The notes beneath the pieces were generated by a model, which made no database searches, was not told the DNA's origin, and saw nothing but the letters and a program-made list of their open reading frames with translations. From positions 2,761,632 through 2,825,631 of the forward strand of contig OZ244990.1 of assembly GCA_965223205.1 (NCBI GenBank): a stretch of 64,000 bases of DNA, written 5' to 3'. Made by a program: the position numbers and the translations under genes. Position 1 is the stretch's first letter. Every line of letters starts with the position of its first letter. The stretch comes from Candidatus Eiseniibacteriota bacterium (lineage in GTDB: Bacteria; Eisenbacteria; RBG-16-71-46; CAVPCR01; CBDCWB01). This document shows, one piece after another, positions 37,743-46,211 of this stretch.

Positions 37743-38996
37743 CTAGAACGCATACCTGGCCCGAAAGAACACATTGTCGTTGCCAGCTTGCTGCCCAAAC
37801 GCTGTCATCGCAGACTGACCACCAAAGACGTGGGTCCCGGCCACTAGAGCCACCTCATCCGTAAGCTTGTAGACGGCCGATGCACGGAGGTGGTGATCTT
37901 CATCGGTGGGCGAGCCAAAAGCAAAGACCGAGAAGCGCAGCGTCTCTTGCAGTGCCGTGCGGGTCAGGCGGAGCGTGTAGAGCTGGCGCACCTCGTCGCG
38001 GCGCTGAGTGCCCGGGGGTAACGCCTCCAGGTAGGCGTCGTAGTCGCCCATGACTTCGACGTAGGCTTGGACTCCCAGCTGCCAATCTGAGGCCAGTTGT
38101 CGATCGAACCCGGCCAGGGCGCGGAGCGACGAGTTCTCGACGCCGGGCCTCGTGCCGTCGCCGTCGTCTCGGCTCTGGTAGTAGCCCACCTCGACCTTGC
38201 CGATCGTCCCCCAAGCGTTCCCCCGCCAGCTGGCGCCAAAAACGTTGAGGCCCGGGTAGAAGCTCGTACCGCTCGAAGTCATGCCGAGGGGTTGGCGAAA
38301 CCGCCCGGCGAAGGCGTAGGCGGCCAGTTCAGCGCTACCCACCGAGCGGGCCAGGCGCACGGCGATCTCGGCGCTCTCACTCAACGTCGGGTCGGGGGTG
38401 TGGATAGTGGGTGCGAAGCCGCCCAACCGTTCTGGGCTGGGCAAGCGGTCGGCGTGGAAGGCCGGCAGGAGGACGACGTTTACGGTGGCGCTCCCGGGGT
38501 AGAGGCCTAAGCGCACGGCATCCATCGGGGCTTTCAGGTACTGGAGGTCACGGCCGATGAAGAAGCTCTCCCAGTCCTTGGCGAAGACGTCGTTCACGAA
38601 CAGGAGATCGCCGGTGCCCCAGGTGACCACCTGCCGGCCGATCTTGAAGTCCACCGCCCTGAAGCCCGAGTAGGTGAAGAACGCTTCGCGTAGCTCGACC
38701 TCGGTGCCGGCGGCGGCCACCGCGTCACCCACCGCATCGAGGCGCGCGAAGTATTCAGCGTCTCCCCCGTAGTCGGCGAGGCTGAGCTCTAGCCGCGCCT
38801 CGCGCGCCGTGTAGGCGCCGCGCGGCGCCGCCGGGCCGTCCGCGATTCGGGCGCCGGTCAACGCTTCGACGAAGCCGCCGAGTTCCTGGGCACCGGCCCA
38901 GTCGGCCGTGACCGCCAGAGTGGCGATGATGAGGAGCCGGGCTGCACGCGGCTGAACGGCGAAGAGCTTCGCCAGCCGGCTGACGCTACTGCACAT
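37743..38996 (-). CDS. Putative outer-membrane beta-barrel/porin partner of the MMPL module
   Basis: Signal peptide; ELREAF, DFKIGRQVVTWGTGD...D.F motifs; terminal RARYAF. Confidence 0.7.
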   Translation of the reverse strand: MCSSVSRLAKLFAVQPRAARLLIIATLAVTADWAGAQELGGFVEALTGARIADGPAAPRGAYTAREARLELSLADYGGDAEYFARLDAVGDAVAAAGTEVELREAFFTYSGFRAVDFKIGRQVVTWGTGDLLFVNDVFAKDWESFFIGRDLQYLKAPMDAVRLGLYPGSATVNVVLLPAFHADRLPSPERLGGFAPTIHTPDPTLSESAEIAVRLARSVGSAELAAYAFAGRFRQPLGMTSSGTSFYPGLNVFGASWRGNAWGTIGKVEVGYYQSRDDGDGTRPGVENSSLRALAGFDRQLASDWQLGVQAYVEVMGDYDAYLEALPPGTQRRDEVRQLYTLRLTRTALQETLRFSVFAFGSPTDEDHHLRASAVYKLTDEVALVAGTHVFGGQSAMTAFGQQAGNDNVFFRARYAF

Positions 38997-39804
38997 ACTC
39001 GCGGGGCGGTGCTTTCAGATAACGCTCGCTGAAAATGTCGGGGTCGATGCCGGTGTTGTACTTGACGTCTGAGAAGACCACCGTGGTCTGCCGCTCTTTC
39101 TTCAGGTCGCGCATGGTTCGCGCCGTCACCGTCGGGATGCCGTCGACCTCGTCGATCTGGTCGGCCGTGAAGATCCGGATCATCTCGCCGTCCTCATCGA
39201 AGTACTCCTCCTTAAGCGGCAGGAGTCGATCGACGTCGATGTAGGACAGCCGATAGGCCCAGGCGGCACCGTCGGTGGGGGTCGAGCGGATGACATACAC
39301 CGCGGTCCCGTCCAACTCGCTGGCGCTTTCCAACAGGTGTTCGTCGTCCAGCCAGTGGCGACCCGAAACGTCTTCGTAGCTGAAGTCCGAGCCTACAAAG
39401 CTGGAGTTCTTGTCGCGGGCACTGACTCGCCGTACGAGGTCGACCGCCGGCACGTAAATCCAGCGATCGTCGTCGGCGCCCTGGTGTTTGATCACCATGA
39501 ACGTCGTCCGCCGCACGTCGGCGGGTTTTTTGAAGTAGGTGTAGTAGCGCTGCTCGCCACCGTCCTCCTCATCCCAGCGGAGCATGGTGAACTCGCGCAG
39601 GCGTTCCCGCCCCTTCTTGTCGGTCAGGGTCATGACGACGTCGGCCACGCCGTCGTCCCCGGCGTAGTAAAAGCGGATATGCGCGTCGCGCATGATCGCG
39701 GTGGCGTCGGGCTCCTCGGCTGCCGAGGGGTGCGCTAGACCGGACAGGGCTCCGAGGGTTGCGAGAGTGACGGCGCATGTTGCTTTAAAAGGTAGTTGCT
39801 TCAT
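38986..39804 (-). CDS. Outer-membrane lipoprotein-sorting (LolA-like) protein
   Basis: F..PADVR.T.F, D.WIYVPAV..VRR.S, SFVGSDFSYED. Confidence 0.85.
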   Translation of the reverse strand: MKQLPFKATCAVTLATLGALSGLAHPSAAEEPDATAIMRDAHIRFYYAGDDGVADVVMTLTDKKGRERLREFTMLRWDEEDGGEQRYYTYFKKPADVRRTTFMVIKHQGADDDRWIYVPAVDLVRRVSARDKNSSFVGSDFSYEDVSGRHWLDDEHLLESASELDGTAVYVIRSTPTDGAAWAYRLSYIDVDRLLPLKEEYFDEDGEMIRIFTADQIDEVDGIPTVTARTMRDLKKERQTTVVFSDVKYNTGIDPDIFSERYLKAPPREYVQ

Positions 39805-39876
39805 GGTGTCCCTTGTTTTGGGTTGCTACGGCCAACCCCGGTATTATATACGGCATGGATCAACCGGGGTGCCTAG

Positions 39877-41043
39877 TCATGGCCAAAGTCGGTTCGTAGC
39901 AAGCGCTTCGGCAAAGTCGCTGACGGGCAATATCTCCGCACCGTCCTGGGTGCGATGCCGGCGTTTGCCGGTATACACAAGTACCCGGCGGGCTAGCCTT
40001 GGCAGGTCGGCGATCGCTTTGAGCCCCGACAGGTGTTGCGACGCAAGACGGCTCTGTGACTTGACCTCGATGGCAAGAAGGTCGCGTCCCGCCTTCAATA
40101 GGAAGTCAACCTCAACCCTGCTCGCCTGCGTTGGAGCCCAATAAAACAGGTCGTCGTATAGGTCTCGCTCCTCTCCATAGGCGCGAAGGAGCGTACATAC
40201 CCACCCCTCAAAGAGCGCGCCCTTTTCCTCGGCGCCCACCTTCCCAAGCTGCTTTTTGATCGCCCGGACGAGCCCGGGATCGACCCAGTAGAGCTTTGGG
40301 TGCTTGCGTTCGCGAACGCGCAGCTTTGCTTGGTAAGCGCGCAGCCGGTAGGTGAGCAGGGTGTCTTCGAGGATATCGAGGTACCCCGACACCGTTGTGC
40401 GCGCGCTGCCGGAGTCGCGAGCGATCCCGGACACGTTGATCACCTCACCATGAAAGAGTGCCGCGATCGGCAGGAACCGGGCAAACCCCGGGAGATTCCG
40501 GACCAGCGCTTCGGCGCGCACTTCCTCGCGGAGGTAGACTTGCACGTACGCCTCAAGAGATTGACGCGCATCCGGAGACTGCCAAATCAATGGAATACTC
40601 CCGAACCTCAAGACTCGCTCTAGCTTGAAATCAGCACCAAGTTCCTCGGGTAGCAAGGGGAACATTGTTTTCCACAGCGCCCGCCCTGCCAGCAGGTTGG
40701 TGCCGGCTGTCTTAAGCTTGCGCGCACTGGAGCCGAGCAAGACGAACCGTTGTCGCCGATCCTCAATCAAGCTGTGCACTTCGTTCAATAATCCTGGGTG
40801 CCGTTGGATTTCATCGACCACCACCCATTGCCGAGCGGACGTGTTAGCTCTGACCTCACTGGCGAAGAGCGCCGGGTCCGCGATCAACTCGTGAAAGCGC
40901 GCCTCGTCGAGGAGATCAATATGGTAGGCGGTGGAGAATTGGCGTCGCGCCCAGGTACTCTTGCCGACGCCCCTGACCCCAAACAGAAAGAAGGACTGGC
41001 GGGGGGGCTTGACTGCCCGCGGGTAGATCCGGTTGCAAGCCAT
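39877..41043 (-). CDS. AAA_14 ATPase with C-terminal DUF4143 PD-(D/E)xK-like domain
   Basis: GVRGVGKST, VVVDEIQR, LLGSSA, LAGRA, PKLYWVDPG, EVDFLL...AIEVKS. Confidence 0.9.
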   Translation of the reverse strand: MACNRIYPRAVKPPRQSFFLFGVRGVGKSTWARRQFSTAYHIDLLDEARFHELIADPALFASEVRANTSARQWVVVDEIQRHPGLLNEVHSLIEDRRQRFVLLGSSARKLKTAGTNLLAGRALWKTMFPLLPEELGADFKLERVLRFGSIPLIWQSPDARQSLEAYVQVYLREEVRAEALVRNLPGFARFLPIAALFHGEVINVSGIARDSGSARTTVSGYLDILEDTLLTYRLRAYQAKLRVRERKHPKLYWVDPGLVRAIKKQLGKVGAEEKGALFEGWVCTLLRAYGEERDLYDDLFYWAPTQASRVEVDFLLKAGRDLLAIEVKSQSRLASQHLSGLKAIADLPRLARRVLVYTGKRRHRTQDGAEILPVSDFAEALATNRLWP

Positions 41044-41085
41044 GCCGTCATATTACCATGAAAAATGACGGAATGGTAGTCACCC

Positions 41086-43374
41086 TCACCCCCGATAGAA
41101 GCGCCCGGGGGCCAAGGCGGCGATTGCCGGCAGGAGGACCAGGGTTGCCAGGCCGCTCACCAAAATGATCAGAAAGAAGAAGACGCCGACGGTGACGTAG
41201 GGTGTCAGCGTCGCAAAGAACATCGGCACGAAGCCGATGGCCAGGACCAGCATGTTGAGGACAATGGCGCGGCCGGTGTTACCAAATGTCTGCGTCAACG
41301 TGTCCTGGTAGTTTCGTGTCGTCCGGTGGATGTCACGGCTGCGCTGAATGAAGTGGATGGCGAAGTCGATCGACAACCCCAGCGTCAACGAACTCAGGAC
41401 CGCCACCGGCATGTCGTAATCCTTGCCCACCCAGCCCAGCAGGCCATAGATGGCGACGATGGTAAGGGTCAGGGGCAGCATCGAGACAATGCCCCAGAGT
41501 GCCGAGCGAAAGAGCACCGCCATCATCAGGAAGACGACCACGAAGCTTGAAGCCAGGGCCTTGCCCATGCCGCGCACCATCAGGTCTTGCCAAATGACGT
41601 TGACGTAGCTGAGTCCCCCCCAGCCGGTTTCCGTGCCGGCCGGTAGCGACTGCTGGGCCAGGTAGGTGTTGGCCGCCTCCACCACCGATTGCACCGCGGC
41701 GTTGTCGCCATTGCGCATCTGGATCCAGATGTTGGCGCGGTCGGCCTCCGGGGTGATGAAGTGGAAGAGATCCTCAGGGTCGCCGCCCGACACTTCATAG
41801 AGGAACAAGTACTGGGCAATGGTCTGACGGTCGCCGGGGAGGGTGAGAGCGGCTGGGTCGCCCAGGTGCAGTTCGTACCCCACCTTCTTGACCACGTCGG
41901 CCACCGAAGTGGTGGCGCCGACGTTGGGGTGCCCCGCGAGGTGCTCCTGGAGCCCCTCGATGGTGCGCATGGTCTCGGGGTCGTGGACGCGCCCCTCGCC
42001 GCCAGTCGCCAGTTCCAGGTAGGCGATATAGGTACCCGCCAGGTGCGCGTTCATGACGCGATCGGCGACGCGTAAGGGGTGGTTGCCCTTGAACCATCGG
42101 ACAGGATTGTCGTTCACCTGAAGTCGCAAGAGGCCGGCCAGTGCGGCGGCAAAGACTACGAGCGCCAAGCCGACCACCCAGCGGGGCTGACCGAGGGCGA
42201 GGCGGCGGAGCCCAGCCAAGGTGCCATCTAAATAGGCACCCGAGGCGGGTGCTCGGCTGGTGGTTGCATCGTTTGTTCGCCAGGTCAATAGCGCCGGCAA
42301 GAAAGTCATCGACAGGATCCAGGCGGCAGCGATGCCGAAGGCGACGAACGCGCCGAACACCTGGACAGGCGGGATTGGCGTCAACCCCAGGCTGGCGAAG
42401 CCAACCAGGGTGGTCAGGCTCGTGAAGAGCATAGGCCGGTACAGCTCATGGAGTGCGTTGCGCATCGCTTCTTTCATGGCCGCGCCAGCTCGGCGCTCGG
42501 CCTGGACGTCCGACAGGATGTGGATGGCGTCCAAGATGGCCACCGGCAGGAGAAAAATAGGAATCATCGAACTCATGATGTGCACGGTGTAGCCCAAGCC
42601 GATGAGGGCACCCATCCCCCAAATCACCGATAGGAAAGCGACCAGCATGGCTGCCCCGGCGAGCCGCCAATCCCGGAAGAAGAGGAGCATGAGGAGGAAC
42701 AGGACGCCCCCGGCCGCGGGCGCCGAGACCGCCATTTGCTTGAACATCTCGGCCCCGAAGGTGTCCTGCGCGACGGGCTGCCCGGCCAGGTAGTAGCTCT
42801 CGTCACCGGCCATCGCCTCGGTCAGTGCGGTGATCTGGCGCGCCACCTCGTAGCTGACGTTCTTCGACTCCAGCGGAATAAAGAGCGCCAGGGCCTGGCC
42901 GTCGTCGCTGGCCAGCTTGCCCCGCAACAGTGGATTGTGGCGAATACGTTCCAAAATGGCGGCTGCCGCCCTTGGATCTTCGGGGGCTGCCTCCATGAGC
43001 GGCGCCACCCTCAGGGCGCCGTCTTCTTGCACCTGGATGTCGTCGACCTCGGTCGGGGCGATCAGATCTTCGGCGATGACCCCGTCCAGCTTGGCGATCG
43101 CCCGAGTCAGCTCGGCCACCCGCGCCAGGGGTGCTGGCTGGAACATGCCGGCCTCCCGAACGATGCCCAGCACCAGAAAGTCGTTCAGGTCAAACGACGC
43201 CTTCAGCTCGCGGTGGAAGACGCGAACGGGTTCGTCGGTGGGGAGCATGTTCTCGGGGTCGGTGTCGATCTTCATGCGCGGGAACTGCAGCAAGAAGCCG
43301 GCGGTCACTAGGCCGGTGAGCACCAACACCCAGAGCGGGTGTCGGAGGGCAGTGTCGATCAGGAGCTTTCGCAC
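41086..43374 (-). CDS. MMPL/RND-family transporter
   Basis: IDTDPENML, two 6-TM halves, AILDAIH and GLSIDFAIHF, SLTTLVGF. GTG 43374 with AGAGG RBS. Confidence 0.88.
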   Translation of the reverse strand: MRKLLIDTALRHPLWVLVLTGLVTAGFLLQFPRMKIDTDPENMLPTDEPVRVFHRELKASFDLNDFLVLGIVREAGMFQPAPLARVAELTRAIAKLDGVIAEDLIAPTEVDDIQVQEDGALRVAPLMEAAPEDPRAAAAILERIRHNPLLRGKLASDDGQALALFIPLESKNVSYEVARQITALTEAMAGDESYYLAGQPVAQDTFGAEMFKQMAVSAPAAGGVLFLLMLLFFRDWRLAGAAMLVAFLSVIWGMGALIGLGYTVHIMSSMIPIFLLPVAILDAIHILSDVQAERRAGAAMKEAMRNALHELYRPMLFTSLTTLVGFASLGLTPIPPVQVFGAFVAFGIAAAWILSMTFLPALLTWRTNDATTSRAPASGAYLDGTLAGLRRLALGQPRWVVGLALVVFAAALAGLLRLQVNDNPVRWFKGNHPLRVADRVMNAHLAGTYIAYLELATGGEGRVHDPETMRTIEGLQEHLAGHPNVGATTSVADVVKKVGYELHLGDPAALTLPGDRQTIAQYLFLYEVSGGDPEDLFHFITPEADRANIWIQMRNGDNAAVQSVVEAANTYLAQQSLPAGTETGWGGLSYVNVIWQDLMVRGMGKALASSFVVVFLMMAVLFRSALWGIVSMLPLTLTIVAIYGLLGWVGKDYDMPVAVLSSLTLGLSIDFAIHFIQRSRDIHRTTRNYQDTLTQTFGNTGRAIVLNMLVLAIGFVPMFFATLTPYVTVGVFFFLIILVSGLATLVLLPAIAALAPGRFYRG

Positions 43375-43534
43375 GGAGTCGATGTCCTCTTGCTTCGGTG
43401 GACGGCGGTTTTGGCGCCTTGCGGGGGCGCGTCCGGCATTGTGCCACGGATGGCGGCTAGGCGGGTGGCTCGCAGCGGGTACTGATTCCAAGCTTTGGGA
43501 ACGGCGCTGAGGCACGTCCCGTTGCGACCGGCAG

Positions 43535-45472
43535 CTAGCGTTCGAACCGGGCGCGTTCTTCCTCGAGCTGCATCATCTTGATTTCCCAATCCGTGGTGTG
43601 TTGTTCAATCGCCTGTGCGAGTTCCTTGTGTCGTTTCAGCACCTGGTCGAAGTCTGGGCGCTCGTAGAAATCAGTGGCTGCCATGGCCTCTTCGAGGCTC
43701 TTGTGTTCGGACTCGAGAACTTCGACCTCGGCTTCCAACTCCTTGACCCGCCGCTCCAGGGGGCCCAGCGCTTCCCGGCGAGCGCGGCGGGCCTCGGCGC
43801 CCCGCTGGCGGGTTGTGCTCCTGTTAGGTCGGACCCCGTCCTTGACAGGGATGGGGCTCGGAGCGGCCTCGGCCGCTCGCTGGCGGGCTTCATACTCCGA
43901 GTAGCGCCCCAAGGAGTGGGTGAGTTGGCCGCCATCCACTTCGACGACCGACGTCGCCAAGGCTTCGATGAAGTGACGGTCGTGCGAGATGATCAGGAGC
44001 GAACCCGAGTAGTTGGCCAGCGCTTCTTCTAAGCAATCGCGCGCCCGGATGTCCAGGTGGCTGGTGGGCTCGTCCAAGAGGACCAGGTTGGGGGCGCGCA
44101 CAAACACCTTGGCGAGGGCGACGCGCGCCTTTTCACCGCCGGAGAGCACGCCGACCCGCTTGAAAGTGTCCTCCCCAGTGAAGAGGAAGGCGCCGAGCAG
44201 ACGGCGCAACTCCTCGTCGGTCTGGTCAGGGGCGGTGTCGCGAAGAACGTCCAAGATCGTTGCTTTGAAGTCCAGCGCTTCGACTTGGTGTTGGGCGAAG
44301 TAGGCCAGCTCGACCTGGTGGCCGAGTTGGCGCTCGCCCTGGTCGAAACCCAACACGCCGGCGGCGATTTTCATGAGGGTGGACTTGCCGGCGCCGTTCG
44401 GGCCGACCAGGACGATGCGGTCGCCCCGTTCGATTTGAAAGTCGATGCCCGAGTAGACCGGCGGCCCATCGCCGTAGCGCTTCCAAATCTGGGCAAGCTT
44501 CAGCTGGATACGCCCGGAGCGGGCTGGCTCGGGCAAACGCAGGTTGAGCGTCCGCTCGTGCTTCGCATCTTCAATCCGGTCGATCTTCTCCAGCTCTTTG
44601 ATGCGGCTTTGGACCTGACGGGCTTTGGTGTTTTTGTAGCGAAAGCGGTCGATGAACCGCTGCGTCTGGGCAATCTTTCTGTCTTGGGTGGCCTTGGCCG
44701 CCTGGCGCTGTGCCTCGCGCAGCGCCTTGGCGCGGATGAAGTCGTCGTAGTTGCCGGTGGTGCTGGTCACCGTTTGGTTGGCGATTTCGATGATGCGGGT
44801 GGCCAGGCGGTTCAGGAGCGCCCGGTCGTGCGAAACGATGAGCATCGCTCCCGGGTAGGCAGCCAGGTAACCCTCGAGCCAGATGACCGACGCCAGGTCC
44901 AGGTAGTTGGTGGGCTCGTCCAGAAGCAATAGGTCGGGTTCGGCCAGCAGCAGTTTGCCAAGCCCGAGCCGCATCAACCAACCGCCCGAAAAGGTGTTCA
45001 CCGGCCGCCCCATGTCGGCTTCGCCAAACCCCAAGCCGGCGAGGATGCGCCGCGCCCGCGGCTTGAGGGTGTAGCCACCCTGCGCCTGGTAGCGGGCCTC
45101 GATGTCGCCATGGCGGGCTGCGAGTTTCTCCAGTGCGGCCGTGCCCTGGGCGGCCTCGAGCCGTAGCGTGACGTCCTCGAGGTCGCGGCCTAAGGCGGCC
45201 AGCGGGTGGTCCTCCAAGACCGCGTCGAGGAGGAGGGCGCCTGAAAGTTTGGGGACTTCTTGGCGGAGGTAGCCGATCGAGGCCGAGCCGGTGCGGTTGA
45301 GTTCGCCCTGGTCGGGTTCCACCGCGCCAGCCAAAAGCTCGAGAAGGGTGGACTTGCCCGAGCCGTTGGCGCCCACCACGCCGATCCGCTCGCCGGGGGA
45401 GATCAGCAGATTCACGTCGCGAAACAAGGTCCGGGCACCGATTTGCTTGGCAATGTCAGAGAGCGCCAACAT
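43535..45472 (-). CDS. ABC-F family ribosome-associated ATPase
   Basis: Two cassettes (GANGSGKST/FSGGW/LLDEPTN and GPNGAGKST/LSGGEK/LLDEPTS), P-site tRNA-interacting linker, C-terminal coiled coil. Confidence 0.93.
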   Translation of the reverse strand: MLALSDIAKQIGARTLFRDVNLLISPGERIGVVGANGSGKSTLLELLAGAVEPDQGELNRTGSASIGYLRQEVPKLSGALLLDAVLEDHPLAALGRDLEDVTLRLEAAQGTAALEKLAARHGDIEARYQAQGGYTLKPRARRILAGLGFGEADMGRPVNTFSGGWLMRLGLGKLLLAEPDLLLLDEPTNYLDLASVIWLEGYLAAYPGAMLIVSHDRALLNRLATRIIEIANQTVTSTTGNYDDFIRAKALREAQRQAAKATQDRKIAQTQRFIDRFRYKNTKARQVQSRIKELEKIDRIEDAKHERTLNLRLPEPARSGRIQLKLAQIWKRYGDGPPVYSGIDFQIERGDRIVLVGPNGAGKSTLMKIAAGVLGFDQGERQLGHQVELAYFAQHQVEALDFKATILDVLRDTAPDQTDEELRRLLGAFLFTGEDTFKRVGVLSGGEKARVALAKVFVRAPNLVLLDEPTSHLDIRARDCLEEALANYSGSLLIISHDRHFIEALATSVVEVDGGQLTHSLGRYSEYEARQRAAEAAPSPIPVKDGVRPNRSTTRQRGAEARRARREALGPLERRVKELEAEVEVLESEHKSLEEAMAATDFYERPDFDQVLKRHKELAQAIEQHTTDWEIKMMQLEEERARFER

Positions 45473-45512
45473 GCGGTTAGTATATCGGGGGTCGCCGGAA
45501 GCGAGGTAGGGC

Positions 45513-46106
45513 ATGACCGAAGACAATCCTTGGCAGCGCCATGGGACCGAGGTGCGCTATGAGAACGACTGGATTCGCGTCCGCGAGGACACCGTAACCC
45601 GCCCCGACGGTGCTCCGGGGATCTACGGGGTGGTCGAGGTGCGCACCTTTGCAACCGGCGTCGTGCCGCTCGATCGAGAAGCTCAGACGTATCTGGTCGG
45701 CCAGTATCGCTATCCGTTGGATCGCTACTCCTGGGAGATTCCTGAGGGCGGCGGCGACAAGGCAGTGTCACCGCGGGCGTCAGCCGCCCGCGAGCTGCGC
45801 GAGGAGACCGGGCTCGAGGCGACGGCCTGGCACTTCACCGGCGTCGTCCACACCTCGAACTGCATCACCGATGAGGTGGGCTACCTCTATGTCGCCACCG
45901 ACCTGTCGGTGGGCGAGGCCGATCCGGACGGCGACGAGGTGCTTGAAGTGCGCCGGTTGCCGTTTCGGGAGGCGCTGGCTATGGCGCTGGACGGGCGCAT
46001 CACCGACTCGATGAGCGTTGTGGGCCTCTTGAAGGCGGCACGCTGGTTGGCGGGGGAGCGGTTTGTCGACCCAGATGGCCTCGGCGACCTCGGCTGTAGG
46101 CCTTAA
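45513..46106 (+). CDS. NUDIX hydrolase (ADP-ribose pyrophosphatase-like)
   Basis: QYRYP, WEIPEGG, AARELREETG Nudix box. Confidence 0.92.
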   Translation: MTEDNPWQRHGTEVRYENDWIRVREDTVTRPDGAPGIYGVVEVRTFATGVVPLDREAQTYLVGQYRYPLDRYSWEIPEGGGDKAVSPRASAARELREETGLEATAWHFTGVVHTSNCITDEVGYLYVATDLSVGEADPDGDEVLEVRRLPFREALAMALDGRITDSMSVVGLLKAARWLAGERFVDPDGLGDLGCRP

Positions 46107-46211
46107 GCCAGCGACGTATCAGACTGTATCCACGTAAGATGTATCGATCCCATTCGGCCCCATTTTTTTTGCTTGACGAACCAACCATTTGTATAGAAAA
46201 CTGGTGATGTC

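Noticed and set aside
46110-46211. LexA operator upstream of the DnaE-like gene
   Set aside because: AT-rich with repeated GTATC, but no convincing match to SOS boxes I know (CTGT-N8-ACAG, GAAC-N4-GTTC, GTTC-N7-GTTC); the lineage's box is unknown.
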